NCBI GenBank assembly: GCA_963730175.1
Contig: CAVSRF010000022.1
Span: forward strand, 5,490-69,489
Reading direction: 5' to 3'
Source: an uncultured Chloroflexia bacterium
GTDB lineage: Bacteria; Chloroflexota; Anaerolineae; Anaerolineales; Villigracilaceae
Length of the DNA stretch: 64,000 bases
Shown: positions 43,260 through 53,479 of the stretch, in pieces
How positions within the stretch are numbered: position 1 is the stretch's first letter
Layout: each line of letters starts with the position of its first letter
The notes under the pieces: model-generated
Databases searched by the model: none
What the model was told of the DNA's origin: nothing
What the model saw: only the letters and a program-made list of their open reading frames with translations
Translations under genes and position numbers: made by a program

Positions 43260-44588
43260 CTACGGCTGTATTCCCAAATCCTGCAAGGATTGAATCGCGG
43301 GTGCCCAATTGGGATGCAATCGAAGCGCTTCGCGATAATCGGCAATGGCAGATTTCGTATCACCGATCATATACTCTGCACGACCGCGCCAGAGGATGCT
43401 TTCTTCAAGGGTCGGTTTGGCGATTGTATCGTTCAGGGTGACGTTCGCAAGATTGATCACATCCTGATAGCGAGCCGAATAGAAATAAGCAAAATAGGGT
43501 CCCGTTTGATACCACATCATGCGGAAGGGACGTTGCTTGTCGTCCTTGCCAATGGAATCATAGATCGTAAAAGCCTGATCGTAGGCTGTCGCCGCATCCA
43601 CATACTGTTGCAAGGCAACGTGACTTGTCCCTTTGGCGAACCAGGCAAAGAAAGCGTCTATGCCGCTTGCATTGCGGATATGGTCTTCAGCGACACTGAG
43701 CGCATGTCCTGCTGCCCATTGGGCATCTGCATATTGACCAAGCACATTCATGAGTTCAGCTTCGCGTTCAGGGGCATAGACCACGAGAAAGATATTGTCA
43801 AAGGAAAGCCAGGCTTCCCCTGACATGAAGTCTTCATACTTGATGTGAAAGTTGGGACCATCATTCCATGTGTCCTGAACGATCAATTCCTGTCGTGCAT
43901 CATCGTATCCGGTGACGAATTGATAATGTCCCAGCCAGGCGACCTTGCCGGAGTAATCTTTTTCAAAATAACCTTTTTCAGCGATAAAGGGAAATCCCGC
44001 CGCAAGTAATTTCTTTGCCAGATCGATGTCTCCACCAAGGCGGGACAGGGCGCGATATTCAGTCTCATCGTTGACGAAATCCACCAACTCGTATGGCATC
44101 ACGTTAACATCACTTCTACCCTGCTGGATAAAATCCAGCTTGGGGTCTTGTATGCCGGGTTTGATGGCTTTGGCGATAATGTCTCGGTTGCCCGTCCAAC
44201 CGAGGTAGTTCAATGCCATTGTCAGGTTCGCAGGACCACAATAGTTCCAGCGGTTCTTTTGGTCTATATATTTGAATCCTTTTATCGTGACAGAAGCAGG
44301 CAGAGGCGTGGATGTGATCGTCGGCGTCAGTGTAGGACCCTGTGTGGAAGTAGGAGTCAGACTGGGGGTAGGAAGAGGCGTACGCGTCGAAGCGATCCCG
44401 CTTGTTGCAACAGGTGTTGCAGGCTGGAAGACCGCGTCTTCAGGCGGTTTGATGAGATATTTGATACTGGATTGCAGACTATCAAGCCGCGGCATAACGC
44501 GGGAATAGACGGGGGGAAGAAGGAAGATCCCGATCCCTAATAAGATGATGACCGGGACAAGCCATTTACGGTTAAAGCGATTTTGCAT
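43260..44588 (-). CDS. membrane-anchored C39-like cysteine peptidase with C-terminal TPRs
   Basis: Q...NYCGPA, GHYQFVTGYD, QD; TPR tail; TATAAT 6 nt before ATG 44588. Confidence 0.8.
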   Translation of the reverse strand: MQNRFNRKWLVPVIILLGIGIFLLPPVYSRVMPRLDSLQSSIKYLIKPPEDAVFQPATPVATSGIASTRTPLPTPSLTPTSTQGPTLTPTITSTPLPASVTIKGFKYIDQKNRWNYCGPANLTMALNYLGWTGNRDIIAKAIKPGIQDPKLDFIQQGRSDVNVMPYELVDFVNDETEYRALSRLGGDIDLAKKLLAAGFPFIAEKGYFEKDYSGKVAWLGHYQFVTGYDDARQELIVQDTWNDGPNFHIKYEDFMSGEAWLSFDNIFLVVYAPEREAELMNVLGQYADAQWAAGHALSVAEDHIRNASGIDAFFAWFAKGTSHVALQQYVDAATAYDQAFTIYDSIGKDDKQRPFRMMWYQTGPYFAYFYSARYQDVINLANVTLNDTIAKPTLEESILWRGRAEYMIGDTKSAIADYREALRLHPNWAPAIQSLQDLGIQP

Positions 44589-44724
44589 GGGAGGATTATA
44601 CTGCCCGCCCAATTCGATGTAAACAAACGATATTCTTCATTCTCAGAAAACTCTAATAATAGGGGCATAACTTTGCGGGGAGGTGAACGACATTCTCCAT
44701 AAGATTGTCTAAAAGGAGACTCTT

Positions 44725-45213
44725 ATGCGAAAAAGTTCTTTGTTCATTTCAGCCGTTTTGACCACTTTTGCCCTTGTAATGATGTACAACGTTGTTTCGG
44801 CATATCGCAGCGACAAAAGTGTGGACGTAAACGCGGGTAATGTCGTGGAAGTAGCGGCTGAGGCGGCGGCAACCGACACACCAGTACCAACGGATGTACC
44901 CACGCCGACACAAGCCATCATTACACCAGAAGAAGCCGCACAAGTAGCATCGCAGGTTCTTGGAAGCGACAAGCTATTAAGCGCAGAAAGCTCCAACTTC
45001 AATGGCGTGGATGCCTATCTCATCACGTTCACGAACAAGGATGTAGCCTACATTGGGCTGGATGGTCAAGTCCTTTCTGTTCAGGTCGCGCCGGTTGTTT
45101 ACAGCGTTGCGGCTCCCGTCAAAAAGAAGAGTAAGAATAATAACAACAAGAGCAGCAACAACCAGAGCAGAAGCAGTAGCAGCGGCGGCGAACACGAAGG
45201 TCACGATGATTAA
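44725..45213 (+). CDS. secreted/anchored PepSY-like protein with low-complexity tail
   Basis: signal/TM; ITPEEAAQVA...YLITF...YIGLDGQV; ends SSSSGGEHEGHDD. Confidence 0.65.
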   Translation: MRKSSLFISAVLTTFALVMMYNVVSAYRSDKSVDVNAGNVVEVAAEAAATDTPVPTDVPTPTQAIITPEEAAQVASQVLGSDKLLSAESSNFNGVDAYLITFTNKDVAYIGLDGQVLSVQVAPVVYSVAAPVKKKSKNNNNKSSNNQSRSSSSGGEHEGHDD

Positions 45214-45224
45214 GGATTAAGCTA

Positions 45225-45594
45225 ATGCCTCCAAAACCCAAACTCCGCAATTGGAACGATGTGCAGATCATGCTCGCGACAATATCCATCGCGGCAACGC
45301 TCGGCTTATGGAATGTATTTGCTGAGCCTGTAAAAACAGTCACCGCGCAGGTGCAGGATGAACCCGTCACGCCCCCGCCGCCGACTCGAACCATCCCCTG
45401 TTGCGGCTGAACCTACAGCCATGCCACAGATACTGCCACAAACAAAGATCATGTTTACGCAGGTCGCCCCGCAAACATCGAACGTTGTACAACCTCAAAA
45501 GAAAAAGAAGAAAAAAAATAACAACAATAATAATGGCGGTGGTGGTGGCGGAGGTGGCGGTGGTGGAGCAGTTACAAACACAAAGTCTTCGTAA
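45225..45594 (+). CDS. membrane-anchored low-complexity protein ending GGG-AVTNTKSS (frameshifted)
   Basis: TM helix (45225-45410) continues in ORF 45358-45594. Confidence 0.65.
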
Positions 45595-45595
45595 C

Positions 45596-46531
45596 ATGTT
45601 ACATCGTCTTAATTTTCACGCCATGGGTTCTGACATGCTGGCGGCTGTCGAGTGTGAGACCGCGCCGGAAATACTTTCGCACGTCCCTGAATGGTTCGAG
45701 GAATGGGAACAATCCCTCAGCCGCTTCCGCTACGACAGCGAGTTGACGCGGCTCAACCAAATCCATGAGCAACCCGTTCGCGTGAGCGAAACGTTATGGG
45801 ATGTTTTCCAAACTGCGCGCAAAGCCGAACAATTGACGGACGGATTGGTGACACCCACCCTGCTGGACGCCATCACCGAAGCGGGATATGACCGTCCGTT
45901 TGATATGTTGCCGCATCTGGCTACGCCGACAGTTGATTCCGTTTAACGATTTCCCAGCCGCTGACGGCGATTGCCTTCGATGCATCAACCCAAAGCATTA
46001 CCCTACCCGAAGGCATGGGACTCGACTTCGGCGGCGCGGCAAAGGGCTGGGCGGCGCATCAAGCAATGAAGCGGTTGCAGGCTAAAGGTCCCGCGTTGAT
46101 CGACGCGGGCGGCGATATCGCCATCAGCGGTCCGCGCGCAGACGGAGGTCCATGGAAGATCGGTATCGCTGATCCATTCAACAAGGATGAAGAGGTCGAA
46201 ATCCTTCATCTCAATGCGTGCGGTGTTGCCACATCCGGCAAAGACCGCCGCCGCTGGAACTCGGAATGGAATCTTTCAGCATCACATCATCGATCCGCTG
46301 ACAAATCAGCCCGCTGAAACAGACCTGCTAACCGTCACAGTGATTGCACCCAACGTAATGGAAGCTGAAGCCGCCGCGAAGGCTGTGTTCATCCTTGGCA
46401 GTCGCGCAGGGCTTGAATGGATCGAGGCACGCCCTGAATATGCAGGCGTGTTCATTCTCGATAATGGTGAGATGTACTACAGCCAAAATATGGATCAATA
46501 TTTGGAACAAATTGGAACGGAGCAATTATGA
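45596..46531 (+). CDS. apbE: FAD:protein FMN transferase (frameshifted)
   Basis: AMGS, LSRF...SEL, DFGGAAKG, DAGGDI, VATSG, HHIIDP. Confidence 0.9.
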
Positions 46532-47280
46532 ACTCGCAAAAATCTGTCGAGAACGAAACGTATAAATCATCGGTCAATATTCAATTTTTTCTTTTAGTCA
46601 TGGTTGCCATGACCGTTGGCATGTTGGGAGCCATCCTATTATTACCCGCATGGCTGCCCAATATGGCAGGCTCGCTTGCGGGTGAAAATCCCCAGGTCTA
46701 TTGGTATCTTTCACGCGCGACCGCGTTCACATCCTTGAGTATTCTATGGATATCCATGGCGCTGGGTTTGGGCATGACCAATAAAATGGCGCGCTTGTGG
46801 CCCGGCGCTCCGGCATCCTTTGCCATTCACGAGTACACAAGCCTGTTGGGGTTGGCGTTTGCCTTGTTCCATGCGCTGGTATTACTTGGTGATCATTACA
46901 TCAACTTCACAGTTGCGCAGATCTTCATGCCCTTCTCGACCGTGGATTATCGTCCCACCTGGGTGGGCATCGGTCAGATCGGGTTTTACGTCTGGCTGAT
47001 CGTCGCATTGAGTTTTTACGTCCGTTCAAGTATCGGACAAAAGACATGGCGCACACTGCACTATCTAAGTTTTGCCTTGTACATCATGGGACTTCTCCAC
47101 GGTCTGTTCAGTGGTACGGATAGCACAGCCAACTGGGCGCAGTGGTATTACTGGATATCGGGAGGCAGTTTGTTGTTTCTGCTCATGCACCGCATTACCA
47201 ACACTATCTTTGATAAGTCTGCATCCCGTCTCAAGCAGGCGCCGCGCCCAATACAACAAACATCTGAAAATGGAGGTTGA
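46528..47280 (+). CDS. ferric-reductase-like (MsrQ-like) heme b membrane protein
   Basis: WYLSRA, HEYT...FHAL, WRTLHYLSF...HGL..GTD. Confidence 0.85.
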   Translation: MNSQKSVENETYKSSVNIQFFLLVMVAMTVGMLGAILLLPAWLPNMAGSLAGENPQVYWYLSRATAFTSLSILWISMALGLGMTNKMARLWPGAPASFAIHEYTSLLGLAFALFHALVLLGDHYINFTVAQIFMPFSTVDYRPTWVGIGQIGFYVWLIVALSFYVRSSIGQKTWRTLHYLSFALYIMGLLHGLFSGTDSTANWAQWYYWISGGSLLFLLMHRITNTIFDKSASRLKQAPRPIQQTSENGG

Positions 47281-47282
47281 TT

Positions 47283-47654
47283 ATGACTCATATAATAACC
47301 AGCTTGTGCTTGCGCGATAACGGTTGCATGGATGTATGTCCAGTGGAGTGCATCAACCCAGGCACATCCACCGCGCAATGGCCCACATATTACATTGATC
47401 CGGCTACATGCATAGACTGCGGCGCCTGTGTTCCTGAGTGCCCCTTTCATGCGATCTACCCCGAAGATGAAGTACCTTCAACCTATACAGCCATAGGCGG
47501 TGAGTTAATCAACCAGTTGGGATTGAATGGGCACTATGAAAACACCAATCATCGCGAGGAAAGCATAGTCCTTGAAACAACAAGAGCACTCAATCCAGGC
47601 GAGACGGTTGATCTTCAGGGCAGTATCAAAGCCAACTACGATTTTTACAAATAA
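47283..47654 (+). CDS. ferredoxin (7Fe type)
   Basis: CLRDNGCMDVCPVECI and CIDCGACVPECP. Confidence 0.9.
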   Translation: MTHIITSLCLRDNGCMDVCPVECINPGTSTAQWPTYYIDPATCIDCGACVPECPFHAIYPEDEVPSTYTAIGGELINQLGLNGHYENTNHREESIVLETTRALNPGETVDLQGSIKANYDFYK

Positions 47655-47673
47655 AACAAAGAGATAGGAAATC

Positions 47674-47708
47674 AAAAAGAGCGACTGTGGAAAACAGTCG
47701 CTCTTTTT
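47674..47708. terminator. bidirectional intrinsic terminator
   Basis: AAAAAGAGCGACTGTggaaaACAGTCGCTCTTTTT between convergent genes. Confidence 0.8.
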
Positions 47709-47781
47709 GATATTCGGGAGGCAGTCTGTTGTTTCTGTTGGTCCATCGCATTACTAACTCCATTACTGAAAGACTAACCTC

Positions 47782-48812
47782 TTATGGCTGAATTCCCAAA
47801 TCCTGAAGCGCCTGTATGGCAGGAATCCACTTCGGGTGTACTTTTAATGCAGCACGGTAATCTTTCACTGCCAGATCGGTCTTGCCAGCCATGTAATAGG
47901 CTTGTCCACGCCAGTAGAGAGATTCTTCAAGCACAGGTTCTGCTATCGTATCATTCAATGTTGTATTGGCAAGATTAATAACGTCTGCGAAACGATTGGT
48001 ATAGTAGTAGGCTTTGTAAGGTCCAGTCTGATACCACATCATGCGATATGGGCGGATTGAGTCGTTTGCATCAAGGTCTGCATAAACTGAAAATGAAAAA
48101 TCGTAAGCACTGGCGGCGTCAGCATACTGAAACAGTGCCACATGACTTGTCCCAACATTGAACCAGGCAAAATAACGGTCAACACCAGTAAGCCTTTGCG
48201 TTTCAGCCGTGGCAACATCTAATGCGTGATTGTTTGCTTGTTCATCATCTGCCAATGGACCTAGAAGTGTCATCACATCATTCTGTTTTTCGATAGGATA
48301 GACGACAACAAACACATAATTAAATGCCCGCCATCCCTCATTGAATTCTTCATAACCTATCTTGCGATTGGGTCCCGGATTCTTTACCGGGTCGGGTTGA
48401 TATGTATCTTGATAAATGATCACTTGGTTAGCATCATCATATCCAGTCACAAAAGCATAGTGACCCATCCAACCATATTTTCCATTAATATCAACTTCAT
48501 AGATGCCTTTTTCAACGACAACAGGAAAACCTGCCGACACCATACGTTTGAGCATATCAATATCGCCACCATAGCGTATAACTGAAGTGATCCCAGGGAC
48601 ATTCTCCGTGATGTAATCTTGAAGTTCATAGGGCATCACATTTTTGTCCTTGGCATTTATTGGCATGACTACCTTGCCAATCACATCGCGGTTGCCGTTC
48701 CAACCCCAATATGTAAGTGCCATCGAAAAGTTTGCCGGACCACAATAATTGAGCCGCCCATGTTGATGTTCGTATTTGATCCCTCCAATACAACGGTGGC
48801 AGGCAGAGTCAT
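47782..48812 (-). CDS. second C39-like peptidase/TPR paralog (5' end garbled or truncated)
   Basis: NYCGPA in shifted frame, GHYAFVTGYD, PYRMMWYQTGPY, ends LQDLGIQP like 43260-44588. Confidence 0.75.
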
Positions 48813-49091
48813 GTTCACTGGGATACGACGGTTGGTTGGTTTGGCACTGGGATGCGTTTGAAGATCCCTATCTCTGGAATGCACAGGAAGGGGACCAAGT
48901 AATTGCGAAGGCTCTCACGCCGATAAATCGTCTGGATCCCTGTATTCCTTGATGTTATCCAACCATGTTCTCCCTGATGAAAAATTACACTTTCAACATT
49001 CCATATTTCGACTCTGTGTCAAGTCGAATTCTTCCTGTGCTTCTCCATTATCATCGTTTCATAAATACACCGATGCCAGTGTGCATCCCTG

Positions 49092-49537
49092 CTATTTCAC
49101 CACAATGGTGAAGGCCACTTTGGGGCTTGCAGTGTCGGTCATACCCTGGTAATAACCGAGTGTGATGGTTGTCTTGCCTGGGGCAACAGCTTTAAAGCGC
49201 CATACATCCTTGCCACTTCCAGAGTTGGGGTTGCTGGGATCGTCAGGCACATGATCCTTCCAGACATATTCAACAATATTCGCATCCAATTCTTCAGCTA
49301 CTTCCCAGTGATAGTTGGGGTCAATAAAGGTTTTGATGGTGATCGTGAAACTCGTCACCCGCATTCACTTCAATATTTTTTTTCGGATTGGTCGGTTCGA
49401 GTTCAAGAGTAGTGGGGGTGGGATGTGACGGAATTGTACCAATGGTTGCTGGCCGGCTGGGGAGTTGGTGTTGAGCTTTCGCCACAGGCTGAGATGGAAA
49501 GTGCCGCAAGTATAAAGATTAGAAATAACTTTCTCAC
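49092..49537 (-). CDS. chagasin/I42 protease-inhibitor family lipoprotein (frameshifted)
   Basis: GTG start with ISAC lipobox; YHW, GSGKDVWRFKA..PG.TTITLGY. Confidence 0.7.
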
Positions 49538-49652
49538 AAGGTTCTCCTGATTCGTCAATGGTTAATTGTTGTTGCGAATAGGGTATGAAGTAAAAGAATC
49601 TCTGCCATCGTGTAAAAGACCTTTCGTGTCGCTCAGGGTAACATTACTCAGA

Positions 49653-49745
49653 TTACCTCTTCAAAGTTCTTGATACTTCACGCGATGCGAGTCAATCTTT
49701 GAACTTTTCAGTCATCATGGTTTCGTAATCGGACCAGTTGCCGAT
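49653..49745 (-). repeat. duplicated ettA 3' end, copy C
   Basis: encodes [14 protein letters not shown]...TLKR* with indels; matches 51579-51673. Confidence 0.85.
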
Positions 49746-49842
49746 TGCCGAGGGCGTCGCACCAAACGGGGAGGATTTGCTCTTAGCGGACGAGCCCAAA
49801 CTAAGATGAATCCCATTAAGGGTAAGGCGCGACGCACTCGCG

Positions 49843-49935
49843 TTATCTCTTCAACGTTCTATATTTGACTTGGTGCGGAGTTAGATTTTTCCCGAATTTC
49901 TCTTGCATCATAGTCTCGTAGTCGGACCAGTTGCC
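49843..49935 (-). repeat. duplicated ettA 3' end, copy B
   Basis: encodes [30 protein letters not shown], mostly synonymous changes relative to the gene. Confidence 0.9.
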
Positions 49936-49943
49936 ATAGAGCT

Positions 49944-50641
49944 TTATTTCTTTTTTCTTATCAGGTAGGATGCTAAACCGTTCTTAAGGATTTCCATACC
50001 AAAACGGAATTGTTCATCAGGATCGGGTTTTTGAGAGAATCCGCCAACTTCCCGATGCTGGATATTCGATTCTGCGGCAAAGAATTGACCCAGCCCTGAA
50101 AATCCAAGGGGGGCTCTTCCGATTTTCATCATCTGTGTTTTCGTATTTGTGTTTCTCCCAATACAAACATGGTCACATATTCATTCATCAGAAACCCAGC
50201 GTAGACAGCATCTTGTTTATCAAAACCAATATTAAGCAATTTGTAAGCATGATCTCTGTCAGCCGTAATCTATTGGATCCTGAAAAAGGAACACAATTGC
50301 TGCTCAGATAATACTTTGGCAGCATCGCGATGCAGTAAGAGCGTATTACGATATTCGTTTCCCAAAAACTCCAACTGTTCCTGCCAGGAAAGGGAAGCAT
50401 CAGGCTCACGAATTGGAGCACAGATTTCATCTGCCAGTAATATCAATAATTCCTGCTTGTTGCGTACATGCCAGTATAAAGAAGCAGCCTTGATACCAAG
50501 TTTCGCTGCCAGAGCACGCATTGTGATCCCATCAAACCCGACTTCATCCAAGAGGTTAAGTGCCGCTTGAAGTATTTGCGTTTGGGTAAGGGGATCAGAC
50601 TTCTTTTTGTGATTGAAAACTTTATGAGGAGTAATTTTCAT
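49944..50641 (-). CDS. TetR family regulator with TetR_C-type domain (frameshifted)
   Basis: TMRALAAKLGIKAASLYWHVRNKQEL; C-terminal DEQFRFGM. Confidence 0.88.
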
Positions 50642-50674
50642 AATTTAGCACCTTGACAGTATAGCATAAAACAG

Positions 50675-50719
50675 GATAAACTAACGTTGTTAGCTTTTGA
50701 CTAACAACGTTAGTTTATC
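50675..50719. promoter_or_regulatory. putative tandem TetR operator, perfect 19-bp inverted repeat
   Basis: GATAAACTAACGTTGTTAG-cttttga-CTAACAACGTTAGTTTATC; TTGACA at 50653. Confidence 0.8.
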
Positions 50720-50755
50720 ATCTTTTTAATTTGAGAATCGGGAGAACTACATAAC

Positions 50756-51474
50756 ATGAAAACGAAATCTTTACAAACAACCATAAATTCAAAAACTGCT
50801 GAGCCATATCGGTGGCTTGCTCTTGGCAGTATTACTGGTCCAGTAATCATGACCCTTGCATGGATCATACTAGGCTTGATGCGCCCAGCTATAAAAACAG
50901 AATGGGGGATTTCAGGCGGCTTTATTGGAATGATCACCCAACCTTTTAGTGGCTTGGAAATTGGTATAAATAGCGAACTTTTTAATACCGCGTTTATCCT
51001 AAACGGTCTCTTGACGATAGCGGGCGTATTTGGGATCTTTCAGGTCATTGGCACAGGCAAGCAGGAAAAATTATGGGTTATTAGTATGCTACTACTCGCA
51101 TCATCAGGAATTGGCTCAATACTATGTGGTATTTTCACCTTGGAGTTTTTCTATTGCATATGCTCGGATTTATTTTGGCTTGTGCCGCACCTGCATTTGG
51201 CTTTTTAACCACAGGTCTTCTTCTTAAAAGGACTTCAACTTGGACGAAAATTGGCAACCCGTTAATTTATGCCTGCCCATTGACACTTGTTTTGCTGGTA
51301 ATCTTTTTTATCACTTTTCAATATGATCTAATGGCGGCTGGAAAAGGTTTTGCGGGTCTTTCGGAAAGGATTTTGGTTTTAGAAGTCATGTTCTGGTATA
51401 TGACGCTTGGATGGCTGGCTTTTCGACAAACTTATTCAAATGCAAAATCATCTTTTGGTATAGCATTACGTTAA
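50756..51474 (+). CDS. DUF998-like membrane protein (frameshifted)
   Basis: QPFSGL..G, FNTAFILNG, GIF, H, GLSER; AT-rich. Confidence 0.7.
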
Positions 51475-51499
51475 GACGAATCCTTCCATCGCGACTACC

Positions 51500-51546
51500 A
51501 AACAGAGGCGAGATTGTTCCACTTAATGGACAGTCTCGCCTCTGTT
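51500..51546. terminator. terminator hairpin between DUF998 gene and ettA
   Basis: AACAGAGGCGAGA...TCTCGCCTCTGTT. Confidence 0.65.
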
Positions 51547-51578
51547 CATTTTGTATAGCTTTGCATCCCCTAATAGCA

Positions 51579-53256
51579 TTACCTCTTCAACGTCCTATAC
51601 TTCACTCGATGCGGGGTCAATCTTTGCCGAACTTTTCCTGCATCATGGTTTCGTAATCGGACCAGTTGCCGATGTACATTTTGGCAACGGAGTCGCCTTC
51701 GAAGACGATGAGGTGGGTGCAGACGCGGTCGAGGAACCAGCGGTCGTGGCTGACGATGATGGCGATGCCTGCAAATTCTGTGATGGCTTCTTCGAGGGCG
51801 CGGAGTGTGTTCACATCCAGGTCGTTGGTGGGTTCATCGAGCATGAGGACGTTGGCTGTTTCGGTGAGGGTCTTGGCGAGATGGACGCGGTTGCGTTCAC
51901 CGCCGGAGAGGATGCCGACTTTCTTTTGCTGGTCGGAGCCTGCGAAGTTGAAGGATGAAACATAGCCGCGCGCGTTGATCTTGCGTTTGCCGAGTTCGAG
52001 ATTTTCTGCGCCGCCTGAGATCTCTTCGTAGACGGTTTTCTCAGGGTCGAGCGTGCGGGACTGGTCCACGTAGGAGAGTTTGACGGTTTCGCCGATCTTG
52101 ATCGTGCCGCTGTCTGGTTTTTCCTGTGCCGGTGATCATTTTGAGCAGGGTGGTTTTGCCTGCGCCGTTGGGACCAATTATCCCGACGATACTGCCCGGG
52201 GGAACAGAAGCAGAAAACTCGTCCAGAATGAGGCGGTTCGCCGTAGGCTCTTTCGTCACCTTGTCAAATTCGAAGACCACGTCACCGAGGCGCGGACCGG
52301 GCGGGATGTAGATATCCAGTTCTTCGCGGCGGGCTTCGGCTTCCTCGCCCAATAATTGTTCGTAGGCGGTGACGCGGGCCTGTCCCTTGGATTGACGCGC
52401 CTTGGGCGACATGCGGATCCATTCGAGTTCGCGGCTGAGGGTCTTCTGGCGTTTGGATTCGGATTTCTCTTCGAGGCGGATGCGTTCCTGTTTTTGTTCG
52501 AGCCAGGAGGAGTAGTTGCCCTTGTAGGGGATGCCGTAGCCGCGGTCGAGTTCGAGGATCCAGCCTGCGACGTTGTCGAGGAAGTAGCGGTCGTGGGTGA
52601 CGGCGATGACGGTGCCTTTGTAGTCGCGCAGGTGATGTTCGAGCCACGCCACGGACTCGGCGTCGAGGTGGTTGGTGGGTTCGTCGAGCAGGAGCACATC
52701 GGGTTCGGTGAGCAGGAGTCGGGTGAGCGCGACGCGGCGCTTTTCTCCGCCCGAGCAGACCTTGATGGGCGTATCCGACGGCGGACAGCGCAGGGCTTCC
52801 ATCGCCACTTCGAGATGCGAGTCGAGATTCCAGGCGTCGTGCTTGTCGAGCTGTTCCTGCAGTTTGGCTTGCTCGGCGACGAGCGCGTCGAAGTCGGCAT
52901 CGGGTTCGGCGAATTTGGCGTTGACCTCATCGAAGCGCGCCAGCATTTCGACGATGGGCGCGACCGCTTCTTTGACGACCTCGATGACTGTTTTGGTTTC
53001 ATCGAGCTTGGGTTCCTGCTCGAGCAGCCCGTAGGTGTAGCCTTTGGACTTGCGAGATCTCGCCGATGTAGTCTTTGTCGATGCCTGCCATGATGCGCAG
53101 TAACGTGGATTTGCCCGCGCCGTTGAGACCGAGCACGCCGATCTTGGCGCCGTAGTAGAAGCCGAGCGAGATGTCGCGCAGGATCATTTTGTTGCTGATG
53201 GGGACGAGGCGTCCCACTTTGGTCATGGAGTAGATTACTAGGGATTCGTTTGACAT
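51579..53256 (-). CDS. ettA: energy-dependent translational throttle ABC-F protein (frameshifted)
   Basis: two ABC domains ([25 protein letters not shown]), ELDRG, ELEWIR, C-terminal HRVKYR. Confidence 0.93.
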
Positions 53257-53403
53257 GGTTTTCCAGTAAGTAGAGATTTGATATTCGATAATTCGTTATT
53301 TGAGTTTGGTTAGGCGGGCGTATTGTATCAGAGAGTGGGGAAGGGTGAACGCGAAATAAGGAATTTTTTACTGCGAAGAGCGCGAAGATTTTTTGATGAT
53401 GAA

Positions 53404-53433
53404 AACCCGCCTCTTTCTTGACTGGAGGCGGGT
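53404..53433 (-). terminator. terminator after Fic gene
   Basis: AACCCGCCTC...GAGGCGGGTT. Confidence 0.6.
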
Positions 53434-53479
53434 TCTGTTCGAGATGCGTTGTCTTTGGTTGTTAGCCCCGACACATTGG

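Noticed and set aside
49653-51673. ettA 3' copies as a DGR template/variable repeat pair
   Set aside because: Differences are mostly synonymous and not adenine-specific, and no reverse transcriptase is present
52256-53093. Long alternative-frame and antisense ORFs over ettA, and similarly over the antiporter (24379-25227) and CitE (11782-12531)
   Set aside because: Shadow ORFs from GC-rich codon bias, with no recognisable motifs
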